Assembly: GCA_963792965.1 (NCBI GenBank)
Contig: CAWBYW010000004.1
Coordinates: 1-64,000 of the forward strand
Direction of reading: 5' to 3'
Length of the DNA: 64,000 bases
Source of the DNA: an uncultured delta proteobacterium
Lineage (GTDB): Bacteria; Desulfobacterota; Zymogenia; Zymogenales; Zymogenaceae
Shown: piece after piece, positions 9,420 through 19,386 of the stretch
Layout: each line of letters begins with the position of its first letter
How positions within the stretch are numbered: the stretch's first letter is position 1
The notes under the pieces: model-generated
Told to the model about the DNA's origin: nothing
Databases searched by the model: none
What the model saw: the letters and a program-made list of their open reading frames with translations, nothing else
Position numbers and translations under genes: made by a program

Positions 9420-10487
9420 AGCTTGGCATCCTGAAGCCGTCGGGCATGGTCTTCAGTAGCGAGGGTGTCGATCAGTTTATCCAGGTCCCCATCCAGTATC
9501 TTCGGCAATCCATGCAACGACAGGTTTATCCTGTGATCGGTCAGCCTGTCCTGCGGAAAATTATATGTGCGTATTTTTTCCGATCTTTCGCCGCTCCCTA
9601 TTTGCGACCTCCGCTCTTCGGTGACCTCATCCTGCTGCTTCCTCTGCTCTATATCATATAACCTGGAGCGCAACACAGCCATAGCCTTTAACTTGTTGCG
9701 CAACTGCGATCTTTCATCCTGGCATATAGCGACAATTCCGGTCGGTATATGCGTGATACGTACTGCCGTGCTGAGCTTATTGACATTCTGACCGCCGGCG
9801 CCGCCGCTGCGGAATATATCAATCCTGAGATCTTCCTGGTTTATCTGGATGTCAATATCTTCGACTTCAGGAAGTACGGCTACCGTGGCTGTCGATGTAT
9901 GTACACGTCCTGAGGCCTCGGTGACCGGTACACGCTGCACACGGTGCACTCCCCTCTCATATTTTAGATGCCCGTATGCACCCTTGCCTTTTACCTCAAA
10001 TATTATCTCTTTAAACCCGCCGCCTTCAGTTTGATTGGAGTCTATAATCTCGATCGGCCAATTCTTTGTCTGGGCATAGCGAAAATACATGCGGTATAGG
10101 TCCGCTGCAAATAAGCGCCGCTTCATCCCCCCCTGTACCAGCCCTTATTTCCACAATTGCGTCTTTATCTTCATTTTCATCTCTCGGTATAAGACTGACG
10201 CGCAATTCTTCAACAATCTTTTCCTGCGTTGCTTTCAACTCATTCAACTCTTCTCTGGCCATGGCAAGCATATCCGGGTCAAGCCCCTGGTCAATCATGG
10301 CCTGCGTATCTTCGATTGACTTTGAGACATTTTTATACTGTTTGTACTTATTTACCGTTGCTTCAAGAGCCGACTTCTCCTGAGATAACGTTTGCACACG
10401 TTGAAAATCATTGTAAACCTCGGGCTGGCTTACAAGATCGTTTAATTCTTCGTAGCGCCTTAGCTGCGCTTCCAGTTTTTTAAACAT
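9416..10487 (-). CDS. prfA: Peptide chain release factor 1 (one frameshift near 10113)
   Basis: [13 protein letters not shown] / FAADLYRMY join, RVPVT (PVT specificity motif), [12 protein letters not shown]. Confidence 0.93.
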
Positions 10488-10693
10488 AAATCACACATAT
10501 CCTTCTAAATACGACAATGATTATAGCATCGTGTAAAATGCGGGCTCAAATACGGTGTCAATTGTATCTTGTTCACGCCTGCCTGCCTTAAGATATACAC
10601 TTCTCACCATCCCTGAATGGATTGACGGCCCTTTGTGATATAATAACAAAGCTAAATTCAATAACAAATGCAATTCTGTTACAGGACAGTGAT

Positions 10694-10981
10694 ATGAAAC
10701 TAACAGCAGAAGAAGTCAGGCATATAGCTTTGCTGGCGCGATTAGGATTGAGCGACGAGGAAGTAGAGAAGTTCAGAAACCAGCTATCCGACATAATGGT
10801 GAATTTCGAGGCGCTGGAACAGGTTGATACGACCGGATTGCCTCCGACGGCACAGTCCGTAAACCTTGAGAACGTTTTCAGGCAGGACGAACCTCTGCCC
10901 TCCCTGCCGCTCGCCGACGTTCTGGCCAATGCGCCAGCATTGGAAGAAAATTCATTTAAGGTCAATGCCGTTCTGGAGTAG
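10694..10981 (+). CDS. gatC: Asp/Glu-tRNA amidotransferase subunit C
   Basis: MKLTAEEVRHIALLARL...NVFRQDE..LANAP; immediately precedes gatA. Confidence 0.9.
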   Translation: MKLTAEEVRHIALLARLGLSDEEVEKFRNQLSDIMVNFEALEQVDTTGLPPTAQSVNLENVFRQDEPLPSLPLADVLANAPALEENSFKVNAVLE

Positions 10982-10984
10982 CTG

Positions 10985-12449
10985 ATGAATGCTTTAAACG
11001 AATTGACAATACACGAAGCCCATCAGCTTCTTAAAGAGAAAAAGATTTCTTCGGTGGAGCTCACCGAAGCTACATTGAAGCAACTCCACAAGGTGGAGGC
11101 CAAGATAAAAGCTTGCGTTACGGTGACGGACGAGCAGGCTCTGAAGGACGCCCAAGCGGCCGATAAAGCCATTGCGGCGGGCAACATCACAGCCGCTTAC
11201 CGGCGTACCGGCGCTAATCAAGGATGTTATCTGCACAAAAGGCATTCGCACTACCTGTTCATCCAAAATGCTGGAGAATTTCGTTCCGCCCTATGACGCC
11301 TGCGTGATTGAGAAACTAAAGGCTGCCGGTTACGTAATCCTCGGAAAAACCAATATGGACGAGTTCGCAATGGGCTCCTCCACTGAAAATTCAGCGTTCT
11401 TCGTTACACACAATCCATGGAACCTTAAATGTGTCCCCGGAGGAAGCAGCGGAGGTTCGGCGGCGGCCACAGCTATAGACGAGGCCATGTATACACTTGG
11501 ATCCGACACCGGCGGCAGCATCCGTCAGCCGGCTGGATTCTGCGGTGTGACCGGCCTAAAGCCCACTTATGGAAGGGTGAGCCGCTACGGGCTGGTGGCA
11601 TTTGCCAGCTCGCTGGACCAGATAGGACCGATCACGAAGGACGTCACGGACTGCGCGCTGATTATGAACGTGATTTCCGGGCATGATAAGCGCGATTCGA
11701 CAACCGTGCCTTACGAAGTCCCGGATTATACGAAAGCGTTAAAGGCCGATATAAAAGGCCTGCGAATCGGCGTGCCCAGGGAATATTTCGTCGAAGGGAT
11801 GCAGGCCGACGTGCGGTCAACGCTGGAAACTGCGGTCAAGAAGCTGGAAGAGCTGGGGGCAAAGGTTGACTGGAACGTTTCTTTGCCGTACACCAAGTAC
11901 GCCCTGGCAGCATATTATATACTTGCCCCGTCAGAGGCTTCGGCCAACCTGGCCCGCTACGATGGTGTAAAGTATGGGTATTCATACAGAGATTCGACCA
12001 ATATGTGGGAATCGATGGAAAAGACCAAGCAATTCGGATTCGGGGCGGAAGTAAAGCGAAGGATCATGCTGGGCACCTATGCGCTCTCCGCCGGATATTA
12101 TGACGCTTACTATTTGAAAGCCCAGAAAGTCCGCACGCTTATCAAGCGTGACTTCGATAAAGCATTCTCAGAGTGCGATGTACTGGTGACACCGACATCA
12201 CCCACCACGGCGTTCAAGATCGGGGAAAAAACCGACGACCCGGTCCAGATGTACCTGAGCGACGTTTGCACGCTGCCGATAAACATCGCCGGCGTTCCCG
12301 CCATGTCAATTCCAGCGGGCTTCGCGGATGGCCTGCCGGTGGGCATGCAAATAATAGGCAAGCATTTCGGGGAAGAGTCCCTGCTCAGGACGGCATTCGC
12401 CTATGAGCAGGCGACGGGCTGGAATAAGAAAAAACCGGCGCTTGCTTAG
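10985..12449 (+). CDS. gatA: Asp/Glu-tRNA amidotransferase subunit A (one frameshift near 11190)
   Basis: [52 protein letters not shown]. Confidence 0.93.
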
Positions 12450-12554
12450 ACCGTCTCACCCCAATTCCGGGCAATTACACATTTTAATTACGATTAACTT
12501 ATACATTTTGATATAATTTGTTCACTCAGAATAAGGTTGTGTGAGGGAAATGAT

Positions 12555-13043
12555 ATGGAGAATGCAATAAAAGTCTTCGAGGCATTGGAAAAAGATGCCA
12601 GGCTAACCCCTGATCAGATTGCCAATATGACCGGCATGCCGGTAAATGAAGTGCAGAAAATAATCAAGAAGGCCGAGAAAGAAGGCACCATAGTCAAATA
12701 TAAGACGGTGATCAACTGGGCAAAGGTAGGTGAAGAGCAGGTCTGGGCATTTGTAGAAGTAAAAGTTGTGCCGCAGAGAAATGTAGGATTCGGCGCGATC
12801 GCCGAGCGCATCTACCGCTTCCCCCAGGTAAAATCGGTGTACCTGGCTTCCGGCACATACGACCTGGCAATCTTTATCGCAGGAAAAACAATGCAGGAGA
12901 TCGCGGTGTTCGTATCTGAAAAACTGGCGCCTATGGATACCGTGCAGGGCACGGTAACTCACTTCATCCTCAAGAAATACAAGGAGGATGGTGTAATCCT
13001 GGAGGATGAAGGAGAGCCCAGACGGCTGGGAGTGGTGGCTTAA
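12555..13043 (+). CDS. Lrp/AsnC-family regulator (YugG-like)
   Basis: N-terminal HTH, IAERIYRFPQV, SGTYDL, THFILKKYK; paired with an aminotransferase. Confidence 0.88.
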   Translation: MENAIKVFEALEKDARLTPDQIANMTGMPVNEVQKIIKKAEKEGTIVKYKTVINWAKVGEEQVWAFVEVKVVPQRNVGFGAIAERIYRFPQVKSVYLASGTYDLAIFIAGKTMQEIAVFVSEKLAPMDTVQGTVTHFILKKYKEDGVILEDEGEPRRLGVVA

Positions 13044-13079
13044 TCCCAAACCATCAATTTATTCCATAGGAGAGGGAAC

Positions 13080-14277
13080 ATGTCTAACAGATAAAAAACA
13101 GACTGGAATTAAAAGAGATTATATATCACAGAAAGTCAATGACATTTCGCCGTCGGGCATAAGGAAATATTTCGACCTCCTTTCCTCGATGGAGGGGGCC
13201 ATTTCACTGGGCGTGGGCGAACCTGATTTCGTTACGCCCTGGCCGATCCGCGAGGCAGGGATTTTCGCCATCGAAAAAGGCTTTACCATGTACACCTCCA
13301 ACTGGGGAATGCTTGAGCTGCGGCAATCGATAACCCAGTATTTAAAGAGGTTTTACAACATCGAATATAATTACCACGGCGAGATACTAATCACCACCGG
13401 CAGCAGTGAAGCGCTGGACCTGGCATTCAGGGCGATCCTTGACCCGGGAGACGAGGTCATAATGACGGACCCGCACTACGTGGCTTACCCTGTATGTGTT
13501 TCCCTGGCCGGCGGAGTGCCTGTCCAGGTCCCTACCTATGAAAAAAACAATTTTGAATTGATGCCCGAAGACGTCAGAAAACACCTTACGCCCAGGACCA
13601 AGGCGATATTGTTAAGTTTCCCCTCCAATCCTACCGGCGCCGTCATGCCCAGGGAACTGCTGGAAGAACTGGCCAAGATTGCAATTGAGCATGACCTGCT
13701 TATCGTTTCAGATGAGATATACGCCCGTTTAACTTATGATACCGAGCATACGTGCATGGCCAGTTTACCGGGCATGAGGGACAGGGTCATATTGATCCGA
13801 GGATTTTCCAAGGCGTTCGCCATGACCGGCTGGCGTGTCGGGTACGTTGCGGCCAATCCTGAGATCGTTGAAGCCATGATGAAAGTGCACCAGTACACGA
13901 TGATGTGCGCTCCTATTATGGGTCAGATGGCGGCAATAGAAGCCTTAAAAGAAAGCAATAACCAGGAAGTAGAAGACATGCTGGCCGAATACGACAGGCG
14001 CCGCAGGGTGATCGTAAGAGGGTTCCGTGATATGGGGCTTTCCTGCTTTGAACCAAAGGGAGCGTTCTACGCCTTCCCATCCATTAAGTCCACGGGTATG
14101 ACTTCGGAAGAATTTGCGGAAGGGCTGCTGAAGGAAGAGAAGGTCGCCGTAGTACCGGGCCACGTGTTCGGCAAACATGGCGAAGGTTATATACGCTGCT
14201 GCTATGCAACGTCAATGCCCGAAATCGAGGAAGCCCTGAGAAGAATCGGTAAGTTTTTGGGCAGGCACCGCAAATAG
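13080..14277 (+). CDS. Class I/II PLP aminotransferase (YugH-like); RBS-associated ATG is one base out of frame
   Basis: PSGIRKYF, LGVGEPDF, PSNPTG, SDEIY, GFSKAFAMTGWRVG. Confidence 0.9.
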
Positions 14278-14278
14278 G

Positions 14279-15091
14279 CTAGAGCCCTGCCATCCACCGC
14301 CTGAACTCGCCAATCAATTGGGGATTCGAGGCAATTATGTCCGGGTCTTCAACTCCTGCCGGCTTCCCCTCAAAGTTGAACACTTCACCACCACCCTCAC
14401 GCGTCATTAACAGACCGCTGGCAATGTCCCAGGGATAAAGATACCTGTGAAGGTAAATACTCAGCCTGCCGCTGGCAACGTAGGCCATGCCAAGACTGGA
14501 AGAGCCCATCAGCCTCAGACAATGTATGCGCCCCCACAGTTTAGAGGCGATGCCAAGCATCTCGGTGCTGCGCTCCTGCTGATATCCTAAATCCACGCCG
14601 ACAGCTGCCTGGCTCAGTTCGGAAACGCCGGAAACTGCCACTTTTTTCCGGTTCAAGTAGACGCCCTTTCCCTTAACGGCATGGAACATTTCATTACGCA
14701 TAGGATCGTAAGTAATGCCCAGAACAACTTCTCCGCAGCGGGCTAGAGCAATATTTACGCAGAAAAAAGGAATGCCAAAGTAGTAATTGTTAGTGCCGTC
14801 CAGAGGATCTATTATCCAGGTATATTCACCGGCCTGCCGTTTATCTCCCGATTCCTCTGACAATATCGAATGTTCAGTATACTCCTCGGCTATTATTCCC
14901 ATTATCTTTTTTTCTGAGAGGATGTCCACTTCGGTAACCAGGTTACGTATTCCCTTGACCTGCATTTTGTTATGCAAACCAAACCTGGCCTTGAGGATCT
15001 TCCCCGATTCGACTGCGGCATAGCGCGCAACTGCATAGGCAGATTGCCCGTGGGCGGAGATAGGCAGAATCTTGCTGTATTGATCAGGCAT
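14279..15091 (-). CDS. suhB: Inositol monophosphatase family protein
   Basis: SEES, WIIDPLDGTNNY, PWDIASG motifs. Confidence 0.85.
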   Translation of the reverse strand: MPDQYSKILPISAHGQSAYAVARYAAVESGKILKARFGLHNKMQVKGIRNLVTEVDILSEKKIMGIIAEEYTEHSILSEESGDKRQAGEYTWIIDPLDGTNNYYFGIPFFCVNIALARCGEVVLGITYDPMRNEMFHAVKGKGVYLNRKKVAVSGVSELSQAAVGVDLGYQQERSTEMLGIASKLWGRIHCLRLMGSSSLGMAYVASGRLSIYLHRYLYPWDIASGLLMTREGGGEVFNFEGKPAGVEDPDIIASNPQLIGEFRRWMAGL

Positions 15092-15150
15092 TCCTGAGCA
15101 GACCCATCTTGTGTTTTACTTCGTCGATAGTCACCCTGGCGATGGCTTGA
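15084..15150 (-). CDS. trpS: C-terminal ~22 codons of probable tryptophanyl-tRNA synthetase, cut at the segment junction
   Basis: QAIARVTIDEVKHKMGLLRNA-stop resembles the TrpRS terminal helix; stop overlaps the downstream ATG (ATGCCTGA). Confidence 0.55.
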
Positions 15151-15691
15151 GTTGGTGGCCGGGATCATAATGTGATCGAGCATAATGGACTAGTCCACGC
15201 CCCCTATTCCCTATTGCCATTCCAAAACCACGGTCTAGTTCTATTGCTTTATCAAAATATTCAACTGCTTCGACAAAGCGCCCTATATTATGAACAGATA
15301 TCCAATATTAGTAAGAGTCTTACATTTTTCTTCTGTAGGCAAGTCATTGAAACCTACACCGTTGTATGCTGTTCGATAATACAGAATTTCTTTCTCGAGT
15401 TCTTCTTGTTCAAAATCAAGACTCTGCGTGGTTCCCTTTCTCCTTAATTTCTTTAGCCAGGACCAGCAGTTGGCGAAATTGTAATAGAATGTCGAATATT
15501 GTGCGGCGGAAGACTTCTTTCTTTAAGTTCTTCAGATAGAGCTATCGCTCTTTTTAGCCCTTCTTTCTTCCGCAGATCAAGTGAAATGTTCCTGCCAGCA
15601 CGGCAATATGATTTATGGCCTCATCGGTTCCAAGACCAGAGGAGTTTTCGATCGCCATTAACCTATTATATAGGTCTAATAAGTCTCTCAC
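15151..15691 (-). pseudogene. N-terminal TPR-like part of an LA2681-family HEPN protein, at least 3 frameshifts, truncated at the junction
   Basis: Manual translation: ...EQEELEKEILYYRTA..GFNDLP.EEKCKTLTNIG / HNIGRFVEAVEYFDKAIELDRGFGMAIGNRGRGLVHYARSHYDPGHQ; AT-rich. Confidence 0.6.
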
Positions 15692-15787
15692 TTATCTAAT
15701 AATCTTCCTTTTCGATTTTATTCCGTCAAAGCAGCGTACAAAGAGAGGGGCATTGTTTGAAGAACTCCTCTCGGTATTTTACTCCTC

Positions 15788-16690
15788 TCATTTCAACGCC
15801 ACCCGGTACTTCTCCACCAGGTGATCCGGAAAATAGGACTCCTTGGCCTTTCTCAGGCCCTGGTCGCCCAAATCCTGCTCCCGGTTGACGAACCCGAATC
15901 CCGAGAGGGCGTGGCTCACGAACTCGTGATTGATCACGGCGTAGAGCCCCCGGATCTCCGGGTCGGCCTTCTCGACGTGGATAACGGCGGTATCGTCGTT
16001 GAGGGCCTCGCCAAGCGAAAACGCCTCTACCTTCCCATTGATGGAAATCACGCCGCCCGAAAGGGAAAAATCAAAGAAATGGGTGAGCGCTTCCTTGACC
16101 GCCTCGAACTCTCCCATGAGGCTCATGTCGTCCTGGCAGCGCCTGATCTTGCACCAGCGCTCGGCCAGCTCAAGGCACGGGGCGACGTGGTCTTGACCGA
16201 TCGGCTCGTAGGCGAAGGAGTTGTCTATCGAGAAGCGGTTGAGGAAGTTCCTCTTGGAGTGATATTTCCTGCCGGCGAGCTGGTCAAGGTCGGATGTCCG
16301 ATAGACGTAGTCGAAGTGTTCACGGGAAGGCTGGACAACGAGATCGGGGCTCCCCGAAAGCTCGGACGCGAGCCTGCCGTCGGCGCGCTCGATTGCGGGA
16401 TCTTTTTCTCCCCACCTGTCGGTGAGCTCTCGCAACAGGGCGTGGACGGCGTCCGCACGAGGTGGGGGGCCGACCGGCGCGAGTGCGAACTTCTGCCCCG
16501 TCTCATGGGCCCCGACGAAGAAGAGCGCGTCGCCGCTCTGTGACCATTCCCATCCGTAGTAGGATCGCCAGATGAAGAGGTTGGTGAAGGTCAGCTCGGA
16601 GATCTCGGGCCGATAGCGTGCAAATGAGTCGGAGATGAGGGCCCGGTCGGAAAGCTCGATCGGTTTGAACTCGGGGAAGATTGGGGGCAT
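15788..16690 (-). CDS. DUF2156 / phosphatidylglycerol lysyltransferase-domain protein
   Basis: SELTFTNLFIW, DYVY, LAGRKYHSKRN, IHVEKA, VNREQDLG..GLRKAKESY. Confidence 0.85.
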   Translation of the reverse strand: MPPIFPEFKPIELSDRALISDSFARYRPEISELTFTNLFIWRSYYGWEWSQSGDALFFVGAHETGQKFALAPVGPPPRADAVHALLRELTDRWGEKDPAIERADGRLASELSGSPDLVVQPSREHFDYVYRTSDLDQLAGRKYHSKRNFLNRFSIDNSFAYEPIGQDHVAPCLELAERWCKIRRCQDDMSLMGEFEAVKEALTHFFDFSLSGGVISINGKVEAFSLGEALNDDTAVIHVEKADPEIRGLYAVINHEFVSHALSGFGFVNREQDLGDQGLRKAKESYFPDHLVEKYRVALK

Positions 16691-16948
16691 TATCTGTTCC
16701 TTCATGCGGCCACAAAATAGCCACAAATCAGTTTATCAACCGTATATATTATTTGTAGCGGCATTTCAGGCGGGCGTCAAGCTAAAAAGTCGAATGGGGA
16801 AGCAGGGGGAAAGCCCATACACCCCACAAGCTCCCTTCAATATGAGGATGAGGGTCAGCAGGAGCGATGGGCGGCACGCGTCGATGAGCGCGGCGGTTGA
16901 CTTGGCCCCGGAGGGGTGAAGACGACGAGGCCCGCGGCCGATAAACGA

Positions 16949-16977
16949 CGAGGGAATAGATCGGTGATATTCCCTCG
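16949..16977 (-). terminator. Hairpin downstream of V4R gene 1
   Basis: CGAGGGAATA/TATTCCCTCG 10-bp stem; weak U-tract. Confidence 0.35.
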
Positions 16978-16997
16978 CGGTGGGTTGGGTACGAACG

Positions 16998-17585
16998 CTA
17001 TCTTTCAATCAAGGCGAAATAGCAGGTCTCGTCGCCCTTGGCAATGCATTTGGTCTCCCGCACCTGGTATACGCCCTTGCCGAAGGCGAAGTCGACCATG
17101 TACTGGGTGGTTCCCTCGTAGACCGCGCACATGGGGCGCTGGGTCTTATACCCCTCGCAGAGGAGACAGTCGGGGCAGTCGAAATCGACCAACCCGTCCG
17201 GGCGGGGGACCGCTTTCCCCTTGCCCGACGCCGCGCAGAATATCTCCATGCCCCTGAGATATTTTTCGACGGGCGGGAGGTCTTTGAAGGCATCGAGCAC
17301 GTGCCCGATTTCAACCGAGTACTTGATGTTGGTATAGCCGATACGCCTCCAGATTCCGATCCCTCCGTTGAGCCCTACGAGGTTGATTACCTCCGCATAG
17401 ATCCTGGCCTGCTCCGGAACGGTCAGGCAGGGCTCCCATGTATACCCGGGAGGATTTTCGTAGAGGTGAGAGAATCCGATGTTCCGAAAGAGAATCTTTG
17501 CTCCATTGTCGCCCACGATCTCGTGGATACCGTCGATTGCCGCTCGAACCGCCATATTCGTCGCCATTTTCGGTGCCTCTCCCAT
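16998..17585 (-). CDS. V4R (4-vinyl reductase-like) domain protein, Cys-rich (paralog 1)
   Basis: DCPDCLLC...PMC...VRETKCIAKGDETCYF, typical V4R C-terminus. Confidence 0.8.
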   Translation of the reverse strand: MGEAPKMATNMAVRAAIDGIHEIVGDNGAKILFRNIGFSHLYENPPGYTWEPCLTVPEQARIYAEVINLVGLNGGIGIWRRIGYTNIKYSVEIGHVLDAFKDLPPVEKYLRGMEIFCAASGKGKAVPRPDGLVDFDCPDCLLCEGYKTQRPMCAVYEGTTQYMVDFAFGKGVYQVRETKCIAKGDETCYFALIER

Positions 17586-17988
17586 GGTTTTCCTCTTAAA
17601 AACTGATCACGTATGAATGGAAAAGGATAGTAAAGGTATGAATTATTCTCTTTATACAATATTTCTTGTCCAATATCCACCATGTTTTTTACTTTTTTTG
17701 CGCGATTTCTTCCTATTATCAGATCGATCATTACATCTGCGGGCGCTTCGCACGTGGAACGTCTCGCACAACATGCCGTTTTATACATACTTCCGTCTTA
17801 AGACGCAACAAGAAAATTGAGAGCGGCCAACGTCGGCCGTCCTTTAGCATGCCAACGAATCCCGTTTTCATCTTTTCTCTTGGACGTCTCCCGTCGCAGG
17901 GGAGGCCCGCTTCCCCAAGAGCGCTGCGATCGGGGTCAAGAATGACTTCAATGAAAACAAAATATGGGGGAATTGGAGGTGAATAGAT

Positions 17989-18017
17989 TTGACATTATTG
18001 AGGAGTTTTGTTATAAA
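17989..18017 (+). promoter_or_regulatory. sigma70 promoter
   Basis: TTGACA-17 bp-TATAAA upstream of the response regulator. Confidence 0.55.
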
Positions 18018-18142
18018 CAACCACTGAAACATCGGGTGAGCGGCCAAAAACGACTTTGAGGGTCTGCGTGCGTTGGTCCGGTCGGCCGGCCGTCATACGT
18101 CGATTGCGCGGCGTTCATTTTGTCATACGAAGAGGAGTCTCT

Positions 18143-18715
18143 ATGGCGCACTGGGAAATAAAAAAGATCGGAGTAGACCGTCCGATCAACGTCTTTCTCA
18201 TCGAGGACGACACGGGATTTGCCCGGATGGTGCAACAGATGATCACCGAGATCGAGGGAGGGCCCTTTACCTTCGAGCGAGTCGAGAACCTCGAGAAGGG
18301 CATCAAACGCCTGGAGCGCGGCGGCGTCGACGTTATCCTGCTGGACCTCCTGCTGCCGGACAGCGAGGGGATCTTTACCTTTTTCAAGCTCCGGGAAGTG
18401 GCGGGAGACGTCCCGATCGTGGTGCTTTCGTCACTCGAAGATGACGAGACCGCGATACTCGCGGTCCGCGAGGGAGCGCAAGACTATCTCTTCAAGGGAA
18501 TCCTGAAGCCGGCGGTCCTGATCCGCTCAATACGGCATTCCATCGAGCGCAAGCGAGGCAGGGACGAGCTCAGGAAGATTCGTGAGGAGCTCGAGCTGAT
18601 GCTCAAGAAGAAAGAGGCCGAGCTCGTCGAGATAAAGAGAAAGCTTGAGGCCGCCCTCAGAGATAAGAAGAAGGCCGAGGAGGGGCTTGCCGAGGCGCGG
18701 GCGCAAAAGAACTGA
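18143..18715 (+). CDS. Response regulator: receiver domain plus coiled coil, no output domain
   Basis: LIEDD, LLDLLLPDSEG, VLSS, GAQDYLFK; GAGGAG RBS. Confidence 0.85.
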   Translation: MAHWEIKKIGVDRPINVFLIEDDTGFARMVQQMITEIEGGPFTFERVENLEKGIKRLERGGVDVILLDLLLPDSEGIFTFFKLREVAGDVPIVVLSSLEDDETAILAVREGAQDYLFKGILKPAVLIRSIRHSIERKRGRDELRKIREELELMLKKKEAELVEIKRKLEAALRDKKKAEEGLAEARAQKN

Positions 18716-19386
18716 CGAGGAGCAACGATAGTCGAGAACGCTTGGCGCCTTCGTGGTGAAACGGGGTGTCATCCTTCGGCTCGTCTGCCGATAGACCCTA
18801 TGGTTCTTATCTCCGCCCGCCTGTGCCGCCCCCTTTGGCTACCGTTTCGGTCTCCAGACCAGAGCGTCGTTCGTGGAGGTTAACCCTGTCCCTTCGACTG
18901 CACGTGAGCGGGGTTAGTCATCGTGCGCCAGGCATCCGACCGGACGGGGCCGCCGCCGCCCGAGGATGACGCATGTCCTTGGTCCGACTCTCCCTTCTCC
19001 TTCGTCGTTCGGCCTGCGGACCGTCTTCCGATTCCTGCCATCGGCACCGTTACATCGACATAGTGTAAACCCGGCTCGTCTTCCATAAGACCGAGCATGA
19101 GCAAAACCGTCCCGTTAAAAGACGGGAACGGGAGTTGACCGTTAAAATTTTCGTGTACTCACGGCCGGATTGTGATAGAATGCGCGGCGAACAGCGCGTC
19201 AACCGGCATGTCTCGCGACGCGCTGAAGTTGCGTATATCGTAAAATGCCATGAGGTTGCCCTGTTCCCCGCGCAAATGCCCGCGCTGACCGCCGCGATGC
19301 GGCCGATGCCCGTTCGGGGCGAGCCGGAAGATTGGGCGACGCGGCAATCTCGTGCGTCCCGTCTCAGTGCTGAAGGGAGGTACGTC

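Noticed and set aside
10100-10130. Programmed frameshift in a release factor gene
   Set aside because: The gene is RF1 (PVT motif), not RF2; there is no CTT-TGA slippery site, and similar indels occur throughout the window
19135-19386. N-terminal extensions in the ORF track (alpha-galactosidase, pncA, response regulator, aldolase)
   Set aside because: Better starts with an RBS or with homology onset lie downstream
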